NCBI RefSeq assembly: GCF_009914755.1
Contig: NC_060940.1
From: the human T2T-CHM13v2.0 reference genome, Homo sapiens
DNA: 64,000 bases
Direction: 5' to 3' (one strand)
Position 1 is the first letter of the stretch; each line of letters starts with the position of its first letter. Under the pieces are notes generated by a model. It was given only the letters and a program-made list of their open reading frames with translations, did not search any database and was not told the DNA's origin. Positions 58,801 to 64,000 of the stretch are shown here, one piece after another. The translations under genes and the position numbers were made by a program.

Positions 58801-61800
58801 ATTCCCTTCGATTCCATTCGATGAGGATTCCATTCGATTCAATTCATTGGTGGTTCTATTCAATTCAATTCTTTGATTCCATTGCATTCCATTCGACAAT
58901 GATTCCGTTCGATTTCTTTTGATGATTCCACTCGATTCCACTTGACATTGATTCCATTCGATTCCATTCAATGATTCCATTTGATTCCAGTGGATGATGA
59001 TTGCCATCGATTCCATTCGATCACTCCATTCTATTCCATTTGATGATGATTACATTCGATTCCATTTGATGATTCCATCTGATTCTATTCGAGGATTCCA
59101 TTTGATTCCATTCGCTGATGATTCCATTCGAGTCCATTCGATGATTTCATTCGAGTACATCCAATGATTCCATTCGAGTCCATTTGATGATTCCATTTGA
59201 TTCCGTTTGATTATGATTCTACTAGAGTCCATTCAATGACTCCATTCGAGTCCATTCAACAATTCCATCCGAGTCCATTCGATGATTCCATTCGATTCCA
59301 TTTGATGATTCCATTCGAGTCCATTTGGTGATTCCACTGGATTTCTTTTGATAATGATACCATTCAATTACATTTGATGATGATCCCATTCAATTTCATT
59401 TGATGATGATTCCATTAGAGTCCATTCGATGATTTCATTCGAGTCCCTTCATTGATTCCATCCGATTTCATTGGATGATGACTCCATTCGAGTCCATTCG
59501 ATGATTCCACTCGATTCCATTAGATGATTCCATTGGAGTCCATTTGATTGTTCCATTCGATTCCATTCGATTCCTTTCGAAGATTATTCCATTTGAGTCC
59601 ATTCGATGATGATTCCATTCCATTCCATTCGATGATTCCGTTTGATTCCTTTCGATGCTTCCCTTCGATTCCTTTCTTTGATGATTCCATTCCATTCCAT
59701 TCAATGATTCCATTCGAATCTATTCCATGATGATTCCTTTCGATTCCATTCGCTGATGTTTCCGTTCAATTCCATTCGATGATGATTCCATTCGATTCCA
59801 TTCATTGAGGATTCCATTTCATTCCATTCAATGATGATTCCATTCTATTCCATTCAATGATTGCATTCAATTCCATTCAATGATCATCCCCTTAGAGTAA
59901 ACTCAACGATTCCATTCAATACCATTCGATGATGATTCCTTTTGAGTCCATTCAATGATTTCACTCAAGTCCATTTGATGATTCCTTTCAATTCCATTCT
60001 ATGATGATTCCATTCGAGTCCATTCGATGATTCCATTCGATTACATTCGTCGATTCCATTATATTCCATTCAACGATGATTCCATTCGAGTCCATTCGAT
60101 GATTCCATTAGAGTACATTTAATGATTGCTTTGTTTTCAATTCGAAGATGATTACATTGGATTCCATTCTATGATACCATTCGATTCCATTCAATGATGA
60201 TTCCACTCAAATCCATTGGATGATTCCATTCGTGTCCATTCGGTGATTTCATTAGATTCCATTCGAGGATGATTCCATTCGATTCCATTCGATGATTCCA
60301 TTCAATTCCATTCGATGATGATTCCATTCGAGTCCATATGATCATTCCATTTGATTTCATTCGATGATGATTCCATTCGATTCCATTCGATGATTCCATT
60401 CTATTCCATTCGATGATGATTCCATTCGAGTCCATTCGATGATTCCATTCGAGTCCATTTAATGATTCCATTGTGTTCAATTCAATGACGATTACATTGG
60501 ATTCCGTTCTATGATTCCATTCAATTCCGTTCATTGACAATTTGATTCCATTCGATGATGATTCCATTTGAGTTCATTCGATGATTCTATTCGATTCTCT
60601 TCGATGGTGATTCAATTCTATTATATTGGATGAATCCATTCGATTCCATTTGATGTTGATTCAATTCGATTCTATTCGATGATGATTCCATTGGATTTCA
60701 CTTGATGATTCTATTCGATTCCATTCAATGATGATTCACTTCTCGTCCATTGGATGATTCCATTTCATTCCATTCGATGATGATTCCATTCGATTCCATT
60801 CGATGATTCCATTTGATTCCATGCGACGGTGAGCAATTCGATTCAATTCCATGATGATTCTATTTGATTCAATTAGATGATGTTTCCATTCGAATTCGTT
60901 CCATGATTATTCCATTGGAATCCATTCGGCGATGATTCCATATGAGTCAATTCAATGATGAATCCATATGGGTCCGTTCGATGATAATTCCATTTGATTT
61001 CATTCGATGCTTCTATTGTATTCCAGTCGATGATGATTCCGTTGGAGTCCATACGATGATTCCATTTGATTTCATTTGATGATGATTCCATTCGATGATG
61101 ATTACATTGGATTCCATTCTATGATTCCATTCAATTCCATTCGTTGATGATTCGATTCCATTCAATGATGATTCCATTTGAGTTCATTCGTTGATTCCAT
61201 TCGATTCCATTCGATGATGATTGGATTCGATTCCATTTGATTATTTCATTTCATTCCATTCGTTAATGATTTCGATCAATTCCATTCAATGATTCCATTC
61301 GATTCCATTCGATAATGATTACATCCGAGTCCATTCGATGATTCCATTTGAGCCTGTTCGATAATTCCATTTGAGTCCAACCAATGATTCCATTCATTTC
61401 CATTCAATGATTCCATTCGAGTCCATTTGATCATTCCGGTAGGGTCCATTCGATGTTGATTCCATTGGAGTGCATTAGATGATTCCATTCGAGTCCATTC
61501 GATGATTCCATTCGATTCCATTCGATGTTGATTCTGTTCAAATCCATTCGATGATTCCACTCGATTCCATTCGATGACTCCATTTGATCCCATTCGATGA
61601 TTTCCTTTGATTCCCTTTGATGATCATTCCATTTGATTCAATTCGGTGATTTCATTTGATTCCATTCAGTGATGTTTCCATTCGACTCCATTCGATGATG
61701 ATTCCATTCGACTCCATTCGATTATGATTTCATTCAATTCCATTCGATAATGATTCCCTTCGAGTCCATTCGATGATTCCATTCGATTCCATTCGATAAT

Positions 61801-61919
61801 GATTACATCCGAGTCCATTCGATGATTCCATTTGAGCCCGTTCGATAATTCCATTTGAGTCCAATCAATGATTCCATTCATTTCCATTCAATGATTCCAT
61901 TCGAGTCCATTTGATCATT
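55825..61919 (+). repeat. Higher-order unit 9 (6095 bp), rearranged 3' end
   Basis: Landmark distance 55825->61920. It carries a 23 bp deletion (~59320), a 478 bp deletion (~61190) and a 484 bp chimeric insertion with an extra landmark at 61436 (6112-23-478+484=6095). Confidence 0.88.
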
Positions 61920-64000
61920 CCGGTAGGGTCCATTCGATGTTGATTCCATTGGAGTGCATTCGATGATTCCATTTGAGTCCATTTTAGGATTTGATTCGAG
62001 TCCTTTCGATGATTCCACTCGACTCCACTCGATGATGATTTCATTCGAGTCCATTCGACACTTCCAATCGATTCCATTTGATGTTTACTTTCGAGTCCAA
62101 TTGATGATTCCATTCAATTCCATTCGATGATGATTCCGTACGGTTCCATTCTGTGATGATTCCATGTGATTGCATTGAATGATGATTCCTTTCGATTGCA
62201 TTCGATTATGATTCATTTCGTGTTCATTCTATGGTTCCACAGGTTTCCATTCGTGTCCATTCCATTATTCCATTCTATTCCATTTGATGATGATTCCATT
62301 CGATTCCATTCATTGGTGATTCCACTCAATTCCATTCAATGATTCCATTCCATTTCTTTCAACAATGATTCCATTACTTTCTAATCGATGATCCACTTGA
62401 TTCCATTTGACGATGATTCCATTCTTGTCCATTCGATGATTCCATTTGATTCCATATGATGATGATTCCATTCGATTCCACACGATGATGATTCCATTCG
62501 AGTCCATTCAATGGTGATTCCATTCAATTCCATTCGATGATTCCTTTCGATTCCATTCGATGATGATGGCATTCGATTCCTTTCAATCATTCCCTTTGAT
62601 TCCATTCAAAGGTGATTTCATTCAAGTCCATTGGATAATTGCATTCGATTCCATTCTATGATGATTCCATTCGAGTCCATTTGATGATTCCATTCAATTC
62701 AAGTCAATGATGATTCCATTCGATTCCATTCGATGATTCCATTGGATTTCATTCGATGATAATTCCATTCAAATCCTTTCGATAATTCAATTCAAGTCCA
62801 TTCGATGATGATTCCAATCGAATCCATTCAAAGATTCCATTCAGTTCCATTCGATGATTCCCTTAGATTCCATTCGATGATTCCATTCGATTCCATGTGA
62901 TGATTCCATTCCATTCTATTCAATGATGTTTCCATTTGATTCCATTCGAGCATGATTGCCTTTGATTCCATTCAATGATTCCATTCGGTTCCTTTTGATG
63001 ATGATTCCGTTCGATTCCATTTGATGATTCCATTTGATTCCATTGGATGAGTCCATTCGATTACATTCGATGATAATTCCATTCGAGTGCATTAGATGAT
63101 TCCATTCGAGTCCATTCGATGATTCCATTCGATTCCATTCGATGTTGATTCTGTTCAAATCCATTCGATGATTCCACTCGATTCCATTCGATGACTCCAT
63201 TTGATCCCATTCGATGATTTCCTGTGATTCCCTTTGATGATCATTCCATTTGATTCAATTCGGTGATTTCATTTGAGTCCATTCAGTGATGTTTCCATTC
63301 GACTCCATTCGATGATGATTCCATTCGACTCCATTCGATTATGATTTCATTCAATTCCATTCGATAATGATTCCCTTCGAGTCCATTCGATGATTCCATT
63401 CGATTCCATTCAACAATGATTTGATTCGTGTCCATTCGATGATTCCATTTGATTCCACTTGATGATGATTCCATTCCTGTCCATTTGATGATTCCATTCA
63501 ATTCCATTCTCTGATGATTTCTTTTGAGCCCATTCAATGCTTCCACTCGATTCCATATGATGATGACTCCATTCGATGAAATTCGATGATGATTCCATTC
63601 GCTTGCTTTCGATGATGATTCCACTTGAGTCCGTTAGAAGATTCTATTCAATTACATTCCATGACGATTCCGTTCGAGTCCATTTGATGATTCCATTAGA
63701 CTCCATTCGACGATGATTCCATTCGATGTTATTCGATGATTCCATTCGATCTCATTCGTTGATGATTCCATTCAACTCCATTCGATGTTTCCATTCGAGT
63801 TCATTCTATTATTCCATTAGATTCCATTCGATGATGTTTCCATTCGTTTCCATTTGATGATTGCATTCTATTTCATTTGATGATGATTCCATTCGAGTCC
63901 ACTCGATGATTCCATTCGAGTCCATTTAATGAATCCATTGGTTTCAATTCTATGATGATTACATTGGATTCCATTCGTTGATGATTTCATTCGGTTCCAT
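61920..64000 (+). repeat. Higher-order unit 10 (partial, runs off the window)
   Basis: Landmark at 61920. Collinear with unit 9 apart from a 25 bp deletion at ~62880 (ORF spacing 535 vs 560). Confidence 0.88.

Larger units (their letters stand above)
1..64000 (+). repeat. HSat2 (HSATII) pericentromeric satellite array, probably HSat2B subfamily with ~6.1 kb higher-order unit
   Basis: Continuous CATTC-derived sequence dominated by ATTCCATTCGATTCCATTCGATG(ATG) and GAGTCCATTCGATGATTCC. It has dense TCGA and GATGAT, which distinguishes HSat2 from the simple (CATTC)n HSat3. CATTC is on the + strand throughout. The ~6.11 kb period is seen from the landmark and from recurring identical ORF artefacts. 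Subfamily/chr16 assignment rests on known HSat2B periodicity. Confidence 0.96.

Noticed and set aside
37588-59730. Four plus-strand ORFs of 60-61 aa
   Set aside because: Threshold-length artefacts from point loss of a TGA in satellite sequence.
160-63624. Numerous 60-193 aa minus-strand ORFs (MESSNGIEWNHRM-like peptides)
   Set aside because: They are translations of GGAAT/GAATC/CATCAT satellite, which is rich in ATG and poor in stops on that strand. They overlap in several frames with the same vocabulary, are made and broken by random variants between units, and show no domain or codon signal.
1-64000. CRISPR-like array of short repeats
   Set aside because: No unique spacers or cas genes; the intervening sequence is itself degenerate monomer.
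1-64000. Strand inversion within the array
   Set aside because: CATTC stays on the + strand throughout; no GAATG-rich tract was seen.
1-64000. HSat3, alpha satellite or telomeric repeat
   Set aside because: Pure (CATTC)n runs are at most ~3 copies and CATTCGATTC/GATGAT dominate. There is no 171 bp period or TTAGGG array.

Overview
The whole 64 kb window is one uninterrupted, single-orientation array of primate (most likely human) classical satellite HSat2/HSATII. It is built from diverged (ATTCCATTCG)2(ATG)1-2 monomers of 23/26 bp, nested in a ~6.1 kb higher-order unit. That period matches the HSat2B family known from human chr16q11.2; this placement comes from prior knowledge and was not mapped. 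I found no genes, RNA genes, transposons or CRISPR arrays, and all listed ORFs are translation artefacts of the GGAAT strand. The once-per-unit landmark CCGGTAGGGTCC lies at 215, 6047, 12155, 18264, 24375, 30487, 36687 (CTGG variant), 49706, 55825, 61436 (extra copy) and 61920. The resulting unit lengths are 5832, 6108, 6109, 6111, 6112, 6200, 13019, 6119 and 6095 bp. The interest lies in array architecture. A 13 kb unit looks like the un-deleted ancestor of the 6.1 kb unit, and it contains a young 840 bp tandem duplication. Units 2-5 show alternating (~12.2 kb dimer) variants. There are mosaic conversion tracts, indels quantised in 23/26 bp monomers, and a length-compensating rearrangement at 61.2-61.8 kb that looks like template switching. 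All alignments were done by eye, so breakpoints are approximate within the local microhomology.
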